The position numbers were made by a program, and so were the translations under genes. Below the pieces are notes generated by a model. That model was not told where the DNA came from, made no database searches, and saw only the letters and a list, made by a program, of their open reading frames with translations. From a virus, in the IMG/VR virus record IMGVR_UViG_3300043185_000099, positions 64,001 through 128,000 of that record: a stretch of 64,000 bases of DNA; one strand, written 5' to 3'. Of this stretch, positions 37,682 through 47,447 are shown one piece after another. Position 1 is the first letter of the stretch. Each line of letters begins with the position of its first letter.

Positions 37682-40110
37682 CAGATCGACACCCCCAGAC
37701 GGTGTCCCTGGCTGCCCATTCCGAAGAAGGAGAGGGGAAGATTGGTGAGAGGATCGATGTCGGCACCGCTCACGATGGCGCCGACCTTCCCGTTGCCTCC
37801 GAGCGTCGTCACGCTCCCCGACAGCTTCGTGAATCCGTTCGACTTGAGCGTCAGCGACGCGAGGGCCTGGACCGTTGTAGCCAACGTCGTTTGGACGAGG
37901 AGAGTGCCCGTGGGCACGAGCACCCGGACACCGGACGACGTGTCGACGGTGATCTGGTTCACGCCGGCCTGGGCCGTGAACGTGCCAACCCCCGTACGCC
38001 ACGTAATGTTGCCGACGAAGACGGTCGTAGTGTGGTCACCGAAGTCGATTTGCTCGACTCGGTCACCGAAGATCATGCTGTACTCGTCGGTCGTACCTCC
38101 CGCGTGGCCCGTGAGAGGCGTAGCGGTGAACTTCGTCTCCCGCAGAGGCGCATTGGTGGGGAGAAAATTCTTCGGACCGCAGTAGAGATTGGTCTCACGT
38201 CCAAGAACGCTCTTGTCCACTGTATTGCACTGAACGAGAAACTTGTCGGTCAGGACATTGGTGCTCTGCTTCGACGAGATGAGCACCTCATTCGTGTCGG
38301 TGATCTGGACCGCGTTCGCTCCTGAGAGCTTGGCGATGCGTGCGGCCGTGACGTGGACGTTGCCGTTGGGACTCTCGATGGCTACGGCCGGAAGCGTACT
38401 CTCCTGGAGAGCATCCGTGCCGATCCGGGCCGAGAAACTCCCGCGAGTGGTGGGAGCGTTCCCGCGGATCAGGACCGCTCCCGTCTCCGTGCCGACCGTC
38501 AGCGCGAAGTTGTCCGTCGGGTCTCCATTGCGGAGATTGAAGACCAGGTTAGGAGCGTTGATGACGACGGGGCCGTTCGCGTCGAGCCGCATGCCACCGT
38601 TGAGGGCCATTTCCAGCGAGTCCTGGTTCTGCGGACCACTGATGAATGCCTTGAAGCGACCATCCTTCGTTGCGCTGATGAACGCGGGAGGGACGCGGGA
38701 CGGATCCTCAACAGGCGGGATGATCTGGAACAGTGATGCGGCATGCTCACCAATGGGCGAGCCAATCCCCGAGTCCAGCCGTGGATCGATGCGAGTGCCA
38801 TCAAAGATCTTGGGTGCGAGCGGTAGTCCGTAAAGCAGTCGACCCTGAACCGTGTACGGATCATTCCCTACGACGGACCCGAGAACCCACTGAAGAAAGG
38901 GTCCCTGCGCCGCGACCGACGTGTCCTGCACCGAGTCTGCGGGGAGCCGGTCGGCATCGAATCCTTCTGTTTGTTCGCTGACGGGGAGAGTGCCGTCCCA
39001 GGTGTGATCGAGTTCAATCCTGTATTCGGTGAGTGTGTCCGATTCGGACAACTCCTCTCCGATGAGTCCGTTCGACGGAAGCGCCGTGTTTTCGGGATTT
39101 GGGTCGACGGAGACCCGATAGATGGGTTTCCCTCCGTACTCGGCGTCGGGCACATTGCCGGCGGGATTGAGCACGTACCCGTCGTTGCCGATGAACAGTC
39201 CCCGAGACAGGAAAGAGTACGGATCGATGTTGTCCTGGACAGAAACCCCGCTATCAGGGAACGGCACGCTCGGATCCGAGCGCATGAACACAGCATGCGG
39301 TGTAAGCGACCCTTGTGGTATCGGAGACGTCCCGAGCGAGGACGGCAGAAGTGGATCACCCGAGGAGTCCTGTTGTACCCCAGCCGTCCAGTTGATCCCG
39401 TCGCTGAACATGCGGGACGGCAGCCACGCTGCATCTCGCTGGACCATGCCAGCATAGACCCGTGCTCCTCCCATCACATGGAACTGCTGCAGTGAGCGAA
39501 CGACAACGGCTTGGTCCTGGTCCCTCAGACGGATTTCAGTTGACCGACGGTTGGTGAGAAGCACCCCTTCGTCCAGGACAATGTCAGACCCTTGACTCGA
39601 CGACAGGAGCACCGACCCCGGTCTCATGGGAGCCAGTTTGAACCGGCGGCGCCCGTAGATTCCCTCGAAGTGCGAGAGGGTTTTCGGGTTCATGTCGGCT
39701 TCGGCCGGCAAGAAGTCTTGGACGGGCAGCCACTCCATGGCTGCCGCGATGTTGGGAGGAAGCCAAGTCAGGATGATGGGCTGTCGGTTTGCCGATGCCA
39801 GCCAACCAACGACACACACGTCGCCAGGCTCCGGCATCGCCCCGATGAAGTACCTCGAGCCTGCGGCCGCGTACGTCGTCGGAATTGGAGCCCACTGGAA
39901 GAGATCCCGCTCACCGGTGATGACTTGAAGGACCACTTGGTGGAGCACGAAGTCCACTCGAATGACCTTGGCAACGGACAAGCCGAAAGCGGCCGGTCCA
40001 GTGCTGGGGTCCTGCGACTTGACCTTGTGCTCGCCCGAAACATCATGTTGAATCTGCGTCCGGGGGATGGGCGCTTGGTTGTCGTAAACTGAAGGACGTC
40101 GCTCGGGCAC
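37681..40110 (-). CDS. Central baseplate spike (gpV/gp5/VgrG-like), 809 aa
   Basis: N-terminal OB-fold-type AKVIRVD...MPEPGDVCVVGW. C-terminal short beta-strand repeats. Lies directly after the hub gene. Confidence 0.75.
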   Translation of the reverse strand: MPERRPSVYDNQAPIPRTQIQHDVSGEHKVKSQDPSTGPAAFGLSVAKVIRVDFVLHQVVLQVITGERDLFQWAPIPTTYAAAGSRYFIGAMPEPGDVCVVGWLASANRQPIILTWLPPNIAAAMEWLPVQDFLPAEADMNPKTLSHFEGIYGRRRFKLAPMRPGSVLLSSSQGSDIVLDEGVLLTNRRSTEIRLRDQDQAVVVRSLQQFHVMGGARVYAGMVQRDAAWLPSRMFSDGINWTAGVQQDSSGDPLLPSSLGTSPIPQGSLTPHAVFMRSDPSVPFPDSGVSVQDNIDPYSFLSRGLFIGNDGYVLNPAGNVPDAEYGGKPIYRVSVDPNPENTALPSNGLIGEELSESDTLTEYRIELDHTWDGTLPVSEQTEGFDADRLPADSVQDTSVAAQGPFLQWVLGSVVGNDPYTVQGRLLYGLPLAPKIFDGTRIDPRLDSGIGSPIGEHAASLFQIIPPVEDPSRVPPAFISATKDGRFKAFISGPQNQDSLEMALNGGMRLDANGPVVINAPNLVFNLRNGDPTDNFALTVGTETGAVLIRGNAPTTRGSFSARIGTDALQESTLPAVAIESPNGNVHVTAARIAKLSGANAVQITDTNEVLISSKQSTNVLTDKFLVQCNTVDKSVLGRETNLYCGPKNFLPTNAPLRETKFTATPLTGHAGGTTDEYSMIFGDRVEQIDFGDHTTTVFVGNITWRTGVGTFTAQAGVNQITVDTSSGVRVLVPTGTLLVQTTLATTVQALASLTLKSNGFTKLSGSVTTLGGNGKVGAIVSGADIDPLTNLPLSFFGMGSQGHRLGVSI

Positions 40111-40112
40111 GG

Positions 40113-43100
40113 TTAATTCCCCTTCGGGTTAGCCTTGTTGAACACGTGAGCGTCTGGAGGCGGCCCTTCCATGATCTGACCTCGATACCGGCGCTGTTGC
40201 AACGCGTGCTGCTCTGCCTTCTTGATGATCTCTTCGTGTTGGAAAGCTACCGCCGGCTGCTCGCGGGGGTCGACCCCTCCGACAGTCACAAAGTCTGATC
40301 GAGCGTACGCAGCGAGGACCACATCCGCGTGCGAGCCCCGGCACACACAGGCCTCGCCAGCCCTCGCCACCAGGTGGGAAGTAAGGTCCGCCAGTCGATA
40401 CGCTGCGTTGGAGATAGTGGTCTTGAATACCGAGTTGTTCCCGTAGTTAACTGCGAAGTTCGCGAAGTTTCGAGCGAATTGGGTGTCCACGATATTGAAA
40501 GACCCGGCTTCGATCAGGTTGGGATCATCACCGCTGGCCATGAGGAACGCCCGGAGCGTGTCTCGGTCCAGGTGCTTTGCGACCACCCCAACATCCCGGA
40601 AGGCCGTGACATACGGACGGAGCTGGTCGTCCGTAGGGTCCTCGAAAAGGACAAGATCGCTCTCATCACTCTGCGCGTTCTCGAGAGGTTGTTGCTTGCG
40701 CCTGAGATCCTCTTGGGCCATCTCGACAGCCGCTTCGCGAGCGCCAGCCAGCTGGACATTGTTGGATTTCAGTTTCCCGGCGTACTGCAAGGTCAGTACC
40801 CGCAGAAACTCCTCAGCGTTCTGTGCCGTGACATTTTTGAAAGGATCCTGGCCGCTGTGGAGGAACTCAAACGTGCCTCCCGGATCGACCGTAAGCCCGC
40901 GCCCATACCGGAAGGACCCATAGTGATGATAGCCCTTGTCGTCGGATACGGGGAACGCCGGGGAGTAGGCGGTCTTGGTGATCTTCCCGTCTTTGACGCT
41001 TTTCTCCTCCACAGTGTTGGTGATGATCGCATTCACCACCTTGTCGATACCGACCGCTTTGCTGATGGCCGAGTTGAAGGCATCCTGGATATTTGTCAGC
41101 CTTTCGACCTTGCCTGTGCTCGGGTCCAGAGCGGGGCTCTGTATTTGGTAGAACGCCTTCTGGATGTCCTGAGACACCACCGCCGCGTAAAGACCAGCCA
41201 GGCCATCAATCGTTCTTTGAAGAGACCTGCCGTCGTCCTTCTGTGGGCCTTGTGGCTTGAGGCCGGGAAACTGGGCCGCCTGCCCCAGCGTGAGTACCGA
41301 CATCATATACGTGTCGGAGGTTCCCAGTTCCGCGGAAATCTGCTCCTGCAACGACGCCGGAAGCGTGGAAGCAGAGAAAATGATGGCGTCGTCGAACGCT
41401 CTCAACTCGATTTGCGTGGTGCCGACCTGATCCCCATTCTGGTAAACAGGAATCTCCACCGAGGCCAGGTCCTCTCCCAGCTGATTGTAGACTTGCAGGA
41501 ACACATCGGAGACCAACTGGCCAGGGTCATCCACATTCTGCGCTGGCTCAGAAAAGTTCAAGGCAAGTTGTAGAGTTAGATCCTCCTGATTGAATGCTAA
41601 GCGTCCTGAGGTCTGGGACACGCCCACCACACTCGTGAACTTCCCCTTTTCGTGCCGCACGAAGGAGATAGTCTGGATTTGATCCGTCGAGAGAACTGCG
41701 GGCGCCTTCTTGGGACCACTCGCGATCCGAAGACCCTTGCTGCAGGTACCTACTCCAAGCTCGGCCTCTGGAGGCCGTAGCCCTTCCAGCGTGGTCACCG
41801 TAGGCATGAACTGGATGACCTGGCGCCCCGCGGGAAGATCGGCCTCTTCCAACACGATGCTTGGAGGATCAGCCTGTTCCTCCCCCACAGCCTGCATTTG
41901 CGTCGGCACGGCGACGGGCATGGGCTCCTCCCCCCCACCGGGATCAAGACTCCGCGCAAGATCAGCGATCGCGTCCGCACGACCGTTGGGAATCAACTTT
42001 CGCATCCGCTGCGCAGGCATCTGTAGCTGGCAAAATTCGGCGATCTCCGAAGGCGATAACTTCTGCTGGCATAGCTTCTGGTAGTACCGAGCCCGTCGAG
42101 CGACATAGCTCCCTCCGTCTGGAACAACCTTACCGTTTTTCATTATGGTAGGCCATGCTTCAGTCTTGAGTGTACAACCATCGAGCAAATTGTTGACATC
42201 TTCCACGGTGACCGGTTTGATGTCGTCGTTCTGAATCGCTCCACGGAAATTGGATGCTCCCCAACCAACGAGGAGTCTGGCATTCATGTATGTCTGTTGG
42301 TCCGGCGGCAGCGAACGCCAGATCGAAGAGTTAGTGGCTGACGCCATGTTTTCCAGGGCGCAAGCAGTTGTCGTTCCCGGGTCAAACAGCGCCTGCCTAG
42401 GATCAATGTTGTGGTAAGCACTGTCAGGGTGAGAGAAGGCCGTCATCGCTGTCGTGGAAAGGAAGCCAAACCATCCGGACGCTCCACAGCCGTTTGGCAA
42501 CCACGCTTCCTCATCTGACACGTAGGGATTCGCGGCCCACGTGCGTTGGAACTTCTCGTGTGCTGCTAGAGCCGCCTTCTTGCTCTTGTAGCGGCCGCCT
42601 GGTTGCCCGGTGACCCGAGCACGAACTGTCCGGACGGTGAACTGCGCCTCGGCGGTGCAGTTTTGGGCGGTCGGGTTGAACCCACTCTCGTTCTGCGCCC
42701 ACACTCTCAAAACTCGCGCAAGGCCCGGGAGATCGAGCTGTTTCTCTAGCCCGTTGAAGATGGCCAAAGCTCTCGCTTTGTTGGCCTTCCTGTTCGACGC
42801 TTTTTGTGGAGCTGGCGTGGGGGGCTTAGTCTGCGGGGGCGTAGGTTTACGCCGAGGTTGGCGCTGGCCATCATCCCATTTGATCGACGCCATCCCCTGC
42901 ATGATCGGGTTCGGATGCGCACACGAAAAATACCGGTAGTACCCGGGAATGGAAGAGGCAACGAACTGATCCTTGAGGTGGGCAAGAGACTCAAACCAAG
43001 CGAGGGTCAGATCGGAGCCGGGGATACCGTTGATCTTCCGGCGAATCGGGTTGTTGGAGTCAGGTTGCAGAGCCTCGAAGATCAGGGCAAGGAGCCGTCC

Positions 43101-45473
43101 GTTGTCTGTGCTCTCGAAAAACTCCGCCTCCTTGCGCTTGGCGGCGATGATATCCGCCTCGATGTTCGCGAGACGATCCGTGCTGAAGGAAGAGTTGGCA
43201 GCGTTCCGAGAAACGCCTCGCCCGTTGGCTTGATCGAACGCGTTAGACTGTTGCTGAGAGGCACGCACCTGGTCTTGGCGTCGTGCCAGCTTGTTTTCCG
43301 AACGGGCCACGCTGTCGTGGACCGCCTTGAAGTCAGAGAAGGCTTTCCTCAAGCGGATAGCGTCGAACTCGACCACCTCTGCTAGGTTCTTGCCATACCT
43401 GAGCTTGAACTTTGTGATCGCGGTGGGGTCCTGCACTCTGCGTCGCCCGTCCTCGTCCGTTACGACCCCGTCGGCCTCAAACCGATTGAGGTTCGAGATG
43501 TCCTGTTGCAGCATGCTGATGAGCAGATCGGCGGAAGTCTGCGCATCCTTGGACGTTCGGAGAGTGAAGTAGTCGATCCCCACTCCGACCGTGGAGAAAT
43601 TGGGGTTGAACTTCCTCGGGTCCAAGGCCAAGACTACGTTAGGGAACCCAACGATACGAGGCAATCCGTTATCGTAGACCTCCAGGGGCCTCGGGGGCAG
43701 ATCGGGACGATCGAGACGCACCAGGCCAATAGCGGACTGCCCGTCAGGTGCAGCCTCCAGGAAGCCCGGGGCATGGAATTTGGCGCGCCGGCACGTCAGC
43801 ACCAGTGAAGTAGTGCACTGGCCCCCGAAAGCAAACTGATGGCTAACCTGGCTGACGTAGTAGTACGAGTCACAGAACGGGATGTAGACCGGGTATCCCG
43901 GTCTCAACTCAGGACGGATCGGGATCGTGCAGCTAGCAGAGTAGGTGTCCACGTTCAGCACGTCGAGACGTGCACAGCCAATCCAGAACAGAACTCTGGG
44001 ATCCGAGGCGTAGGTGATGTCCATGGCCGCGGCAGGCCGCCATCCGAATTGGGCCACCAGACGGTAGTCGACATACAGCGCGCGCTTACCTGTCACTCCT
44101 GTGTTTGAAACAACCCCAGTGAGCCCCTGGGTCCACGTGCCCCGGACAATGATGTAAGTGGCAGTCGCTTCCTTCTCGGTGAATGTGATGTTGATGATGT
44201 CCTGGTCCTCCAACCGGTAGTACCTGTTTGAGGATGTGTCGAGATTCCAGAACGGTGGCTTGAACACCAGGTCGCCATCCACGTCCTGGTAGAACTCGTA
44301 ACCCGTGGCCTCGCAAACCTGCTGCGCCACGTCCATCTTCGTCTGGTAAGTGGACTCCCAGTGGTTGACGGTGCCAATATCTCCGATGGCTTGGTTGAAC
44401 GCATACATTTCCAGAATGGACAGGTTGACGGTCTGGCCATTCTGTTGGAGGAGAGGGGAGTAGATGAAGTCTACTCCACTCCCACTGAGCCCCAGCGCCT
44501 TGGCAGCTGACAGCCGAGCCGAAAATGGATCCGACTCCGATCGCAGGCTCTCCCCCTCCGAGAAGATCGTGCTACTGAGCAGCTTGTTGAGATCCCGGTT
44601 CGACGCCGACCCGAACCACGCCTGCTGCGCGGCATTGAACAGTTGACCGTTGACCCCGTACATCCGCAGAGACTGGATACGCGTCTTGAACCTCTGCTCC
44701 CAGTACGTTGTGATGTGGTCATAGAGCTGTTGCCCCCCGGGGGTGTTCGCAGCGAGATTCGACTGTTCGTCGAGCGCGAACTCTACACCCGCTGCCGCAC
44801 CCGCCACGTCCTTATAGAGTGTGTAGATGATTGAGAAAGGGTTGGTGTTGTTGAAGTTGTGTCCGAACAACGTGGGACGGCCAGTGTCATTCGTAGGCTT
44901 TCGATTCTGCGCCTGCCATGCCCCGGACGTGACGATATTCTGGTACGACCAGAAGTGCAGGAGAGAAGCGCATGAAAGCGTACCGTTGTAGAACCCGTCC
45001 GAGTACTCGTAAGAAACCTGCGTGACGACGCCATGGAAGATGGGATAGTACGGGTACGTCGCGTACTTCGACATGTCCAGACGTTCCCCATATCCTGACG
45101 GGATGGCCAGCCCACTTTCTTGGGGATCGGGCAGGTGACGAAACATGCCTCGGATCGGGAAGTAGCCGCGAGCGAAGATGTTGACCTCCAGACCCGGACG
45201 GAGGATGTTGTAGCCATCGATGAAGACCTGTTGGCCCTGGACTCTCGGGAGCGTGAGGTTGACCGTCGCGGAGTGAGAGCCGGTTTCGGTGCCGGCCTCG
45301 ACGTTGAATGACGTCACGAAATTTTGGATCTCAATCCGGCCTCGGCAGCGCGGACACCCAGGAAGCGACGTGTCCCCATTGATGAACAACAGCGCATCGG
45401 GGGTGTACTTGATGACCGCTCGATTGTTGAGCCTCCAAGTGCCGACGTACGGTCTGTCCTCGATATTAGACAT
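40113..45473 (-). CDS. Baseplate hub protein (gp27/gp44-like) with an inserted lytic-transglycosylase-like domain, 1786 aa
   Basis: ESTYQTKMDVA..VCE.TGYEFYQDVDGDLVFKPP, QFGWR and IPIRPELRPGYPV...YYVSQVSHQF..G..CTTSL.L hub motifs. Insert has QNESGFNPTAQN, GASGWFGF and LFDP. Confidence 0.8.
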   Translation of the reverse strand: MSNIEDRPYVGTWRLNNRAVIKYTPDALLFINGDTSLPGCPRCRGRIEIQNFVTSFNVEAGTETGSHSATVNLTLPRVQGQQVFIDGYNILRPGLEVNIFARGYFPIRGMFRHLPDPQESGLAIPSGYGERLDMSKYATYPYYPIFHGVVTQVSYEYSDGFYNGTLSCASLLHFWSYQNIVTSGAWQAQNRKPTNDTGRPTLFGHNFNNTNPFSIIYTLYKDVAGAAAGVEFALDEQSNLAANTPGGQQLYDHITTYWEQRFKTRIQSLRMYGVNGQLFNAAQQAWFGSASNRDLNKLLSSTIFSEGESLRSESDPFSARLSAAKALGLSGSGVDFIYSPLLQQNGQTVNLSILEMYAFNQAIGDIGTVNHWESTYQTKMDVAQQVCEATGYEFYQDVDGDLVFKPPFWNLDTSSNRYYRLEDQDIINITFTEKEATATYIIVRGTWTQGLTGVVSNTGVTGKRALYVDYRLVAQFGWRPAAAMDITYASDPRVLFWIGCARLDVLNVDTYSASCTIPIRPELRPGYPVYIPFCDSYYYVSQVSHQFAFGGQCTTSLVLTCRRAKFHAPGFLEAAPDGQSAIGLVRLDRPDLPPRPLEVYDNGLPRIVGFPNVVLALDPRKFNPNFSTVGVGIDYFTLRTSKDAQTSADLLISMLQQDISNLNRFEADGVVTDEDGRRRVQDPTAITKFKLRYGKNLAEVVEFDAIRLRKAFSDFKAVHDSVARSENKLARRQDQVRASQQQSNAFDQANGRGVSRNAANSSFSTDRLANIEADIIAAKRKEAEFFESTDNGRLLALIFEALQPDSNNPIRRKINGIPGSDLTLAWFESLAHLKDQFVASSIPGYYRYFSCAHPNPIMQGMASIKWDDGQRQPRRKPTPPQTKPPTPAPQKASNRKANKARALAIFNGLEKQLDLPGLARVLRVWAQNESGFNPTAQNCTAEAQFTVRTVRARVTGQPGGRYKSKKAALAAHEKFQRTWAANPYVSDEEAWLPNGCGASGWFGFLSTTAMTAFSHPDSAYHNIDPRQALFDPGTTTACALENMASATNSSIWRSLPPDQQTYMNARLLVGWGASNFRGAIQNDDIKPVTVEDVNNLLDGCTLKTEAWPTIMKNGKVVPDGGSYVARRARYYQKLCQQKLSPSEIAEFCQLQMPAQRMRKLIPNGRADAIADLARSLDPGGGEEPMPVAVPTQMQAVGEEQADPPSIVLEEADLPAGRQVIQFMPTVTTLEGLRPPEAELGVGTCSKGLRIASGPKKAPAVLSTDQIQTISFVRHEKGKFTSVVGVSQTSGRLAFNQEDLTLQLALNFSEPAQNVDDPGQLVSDVFLQVYNQLGEDLASVEIPVYQNGDQVGTTQIELRAFDDAIIFSASTLPASLQEQISAELGTSDTYMMSVLTLGQAAQFPGLKPQGPQKDDGRSLQRTIDGLAGLYAAVVSQDIQKAFYQIQSPALDPSTGKVERLTNIQDAFNSAISKAVGIDKVVNAIITNTVEEKSVKDGKITKTAYSPAFPVSDDKGYHHYGSFRYGRGLTVDPGGTFEFLHSGQDPFKNVTAQNAEEFLRVLTLQYAGKLKSNNVQLAGAREAAVEMAQEDLRRKQQPLENAQSDESDLVLFEDPTDDQLRPYVTAFRDVGVVAKHLDRDTLRAFLMASGDDPNLIEAGSFNIVDTQFARNFANFAVNYGNNSVFKTTISNAAYRLADLTSHLVARAGEACVCRGSHADVVLAAYARSDFVTVGGVDPREQPAVAFQHEEIIKKAEQHALQQRRYRGQIMEGPPPDAHVFNKANPKGN

Positions 45474-45477
45474 GCAA

Positions 45478-46731
45478 TCAGAGCGTCCTGCCGCCAGGAC
45501 GAGATTGAACGGGGGAGGAAGAACCGAATGTGTTCACCAACAGGTCGAGGATCGCCGTCGAAGGATCGGCATCCTCGGCGCTCGGTACTGTCTTCGTCGC
45601 CTTGGATTGCTGGTTTGGGACGAATGGCACCCGGCGACTGCTGGTCGAAGAAGGCGTGGGTGTTGGAGGAGCGTCGAACGGCCTGACGGCACTGTCCTGC
45701 CCTCTGTCGAACATGAAGGACACCGTAAAATCGAAGTTGAAGGTGACGCCGCCATGCTGTTGCCCTTCGTCGTAGCTGTAGTCGAAGGAGTCGAAGTTCC
45801 CGAGGTAGACCCACTGGTCGTAGCTGAGTTCGATGTGGCCCGCAAAGAGATGGGCCTCGGACGGAGGACTCCCTGATGTGTCGTAGATGTACCCGTTGTT
45901 CCTGTAGAACGCGAAGAGGGCCATCATGTTCTGCCACGCCGCGGAATCCCACTTCGACACCCACTGGTAACCAGACACGGTTGCCGTTCGGCCGGGCTCT
46001 CCACGTCCCCGAGACCCCGCCACAAATCCCGCCGATCTGCCGCTGACCGACAGTCGAACCTGTTCCTCGCCCCACGACTGGAAGATGTAGTTGAACCTGT
46101 TGCGGTCCTGGTACGACTGTTTCTTGGCGTACGAGATCGCCAACGACTGTGGGTTGACGAGCAGAGTGAGTGGCGGAGTGTCGAGGACCCGGTTGAGCTG
46201 TACGATGACGTCCATCGCCTGGATCAGATCGGACACGGCCGCCTGGTTGGCCTCCGTCTCCGTCACCCGCCTCGGATTGAATTGAATCCCGTTCGCAGCG
46301 ATGAGATTTTCCAGTTGGGTGAGATCAGCTCCGCGCCCCGGTCCGGTGGCGAAAAAGTTGGACTGCCGGAGCAAATCTTGCTGCTCGAGAACCTTGTCGA
46401 AGTTGTCGTTGACGCGGAGGGCAGACTCGATGATGTCGATGTTCTGCGTGGAGTCTTGGGTTCCTACGATCTGCTCTCGAAATGGATCGAATGGGCTACG
46501 TGTCGGCGCCTGACCTCCTCCGAGGAGAGCATCTACGAGCACGGGCGGAGGAACCACTCGAAACGTGAAGGGAGAACCGAGCCTCGCGTCGCGCAGGCGT
46601 TGCTTCGTCCCATCGATAGGGTCCGAGACCGCCGCCACGTACTCGCGTAGCCAGTTGACGCCTCCTTGGAGACCCCCATAACTGCCGAGAGGGGTGAACC
46701 TCGAAGGAACGGGTTGATTCCTGTCCGCCAC
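45478..46731 (-). CDS. Tail tube initiator-like protein, 417 aa
   Basis: LLVNPQSLAISYAK...WGEE...NNGYIYD...YLGNFDSF tube-fold domain. Paralogous to the adjacent 238-aa protein. Between tape measure and hub. Confidence 0.65.
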   Translation of the reverse strand: MADRNQPVPSRFTPLGSYGGLQGGVNWLREYVAAVSDPIDGTKQRLRDARLGSPFTFRVVPPPVLVDALLGGGQAPTRSPFDPFREQIVGTQDSTQNIDIIESALRVNDNFDKVLEQQDLLRQSNFFATGPGRGADLTQLENLIAANGIQFNPRRVTETEANQAAVSDLIQAMDVIVQLNRVLDTPPLTLLVNPQSLAISYAKKQSYQDRNRFNYIFQSWGEEQVRLSVSGRSAGFVAGSRGRGEPGRTATVSGYQWVSKWDSAAWQNMMALFAFYRNNGYIYDTSGSPPSEAHLFAGHIELSYDQWVYLGNFDSFDYSYDEGQQHGGVTFNFDFTVSFMFDRGQDSAVRPFDAPPTPTPSSTSSRRVPFVPNQQSKATKTVPSAEDADPSTAILDLLVNTFGSSSPVQSRPGGRTL

Positions 46732-47447
46732 TACAAGTCCTCAAAAGGCGTGTCCACGACAGGATCGAGCACGGCTGTGGAGGGAGCGGTCTGTCCGGCT
46801 GCCAAATTCGACGAAACCACAGAGGACTGCGCAGCAAATGTGGGCGCCAGAATACTTCTGAACTGCATGCTCTCCTTGTCGATGATGAACTTGGCCGATA
46901 AGCTGAAGAGAAATGGACGGGACGCTTCCTCTGTGACCGTGAACGTGTCGAACCATCCGATGTAGGTTCCACCATCGAATGTGACCTTGAGGTACCCCTG
47001 GACGGCAATGTTCCCGAACGCGTCGTAGATAGCCCCGTTGTTGTGGAACAGGGCTAGGAGATCCAGGTACTTGTCGTAAGCGATCGTTTCCCGTCGGCCT
47101 TGATCACCCGAACCGAAGCCGGTGACGTTAGAAAGCCCCGTGAAGAGCCGCATGAAGCCCCCTGTGGCGGCCTCGAATGTGATGTCCTCAGCGGCGTCTC
47201 CCCAGTGAAACTCCACCCATCCCGCCCGCGTCTGAACCCTCTCGGTCTGTTTCGCGTAGCGGAACTGCATCGACTTCGGGTTGACGTGAAGCACGAGCCG
47301 CAAATCCTGGTCAATTGAGTCGAGCAGGCTCGTGGAACGGTCGGGCGCAAGGATGTCGAAGATGACGGGTCTCCTGCCGCGGTTCTGCTGGTCCTCGTCG
47401 GGTCCGACGAATGCCCCCTTGAACACCGCTGTTGATCGGTCAGGCAT
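46731..47447 (-). CDS. Tail tube initiator-like protein, 238 aa
   Basis: LHVNPKSMQFRYAK...WGDA...NNGAIYD...YIGWFDTF. Immediately downstream of the tape measure gene. Confidence 0.65.
   Translation of the reverse strand: MPDRSTAVFKGAFVGPDEDQQNRGRRPVIFDILAPDRSTSLLDSIDQDLRLVLHVNPKSMQFRYAKQTERVQTRAGWVEFHWGDAAEDITFEAATGGFMRLFTGLSNVTGFGSGDQGRRETIAYDKYLDLLALFHNNGAIYDAFGNIAVQGYLKVTFDGGTYIGWFDTFTVTEEASRPFLFSLSAKFIIDKESMQFRSILAPTFAAQSSVVSSNLAAGQTAPSTAVLDPVVDTPFEDL

Noticed and set aside
26165-45473. Inteins or introns as the explanation for the very large proteins
   Set aside because: No C/S-start...HN-C/S/T splice pattern with LAGLIDADG blocks was recognised by eye, and the ORFs are uninterrupted.
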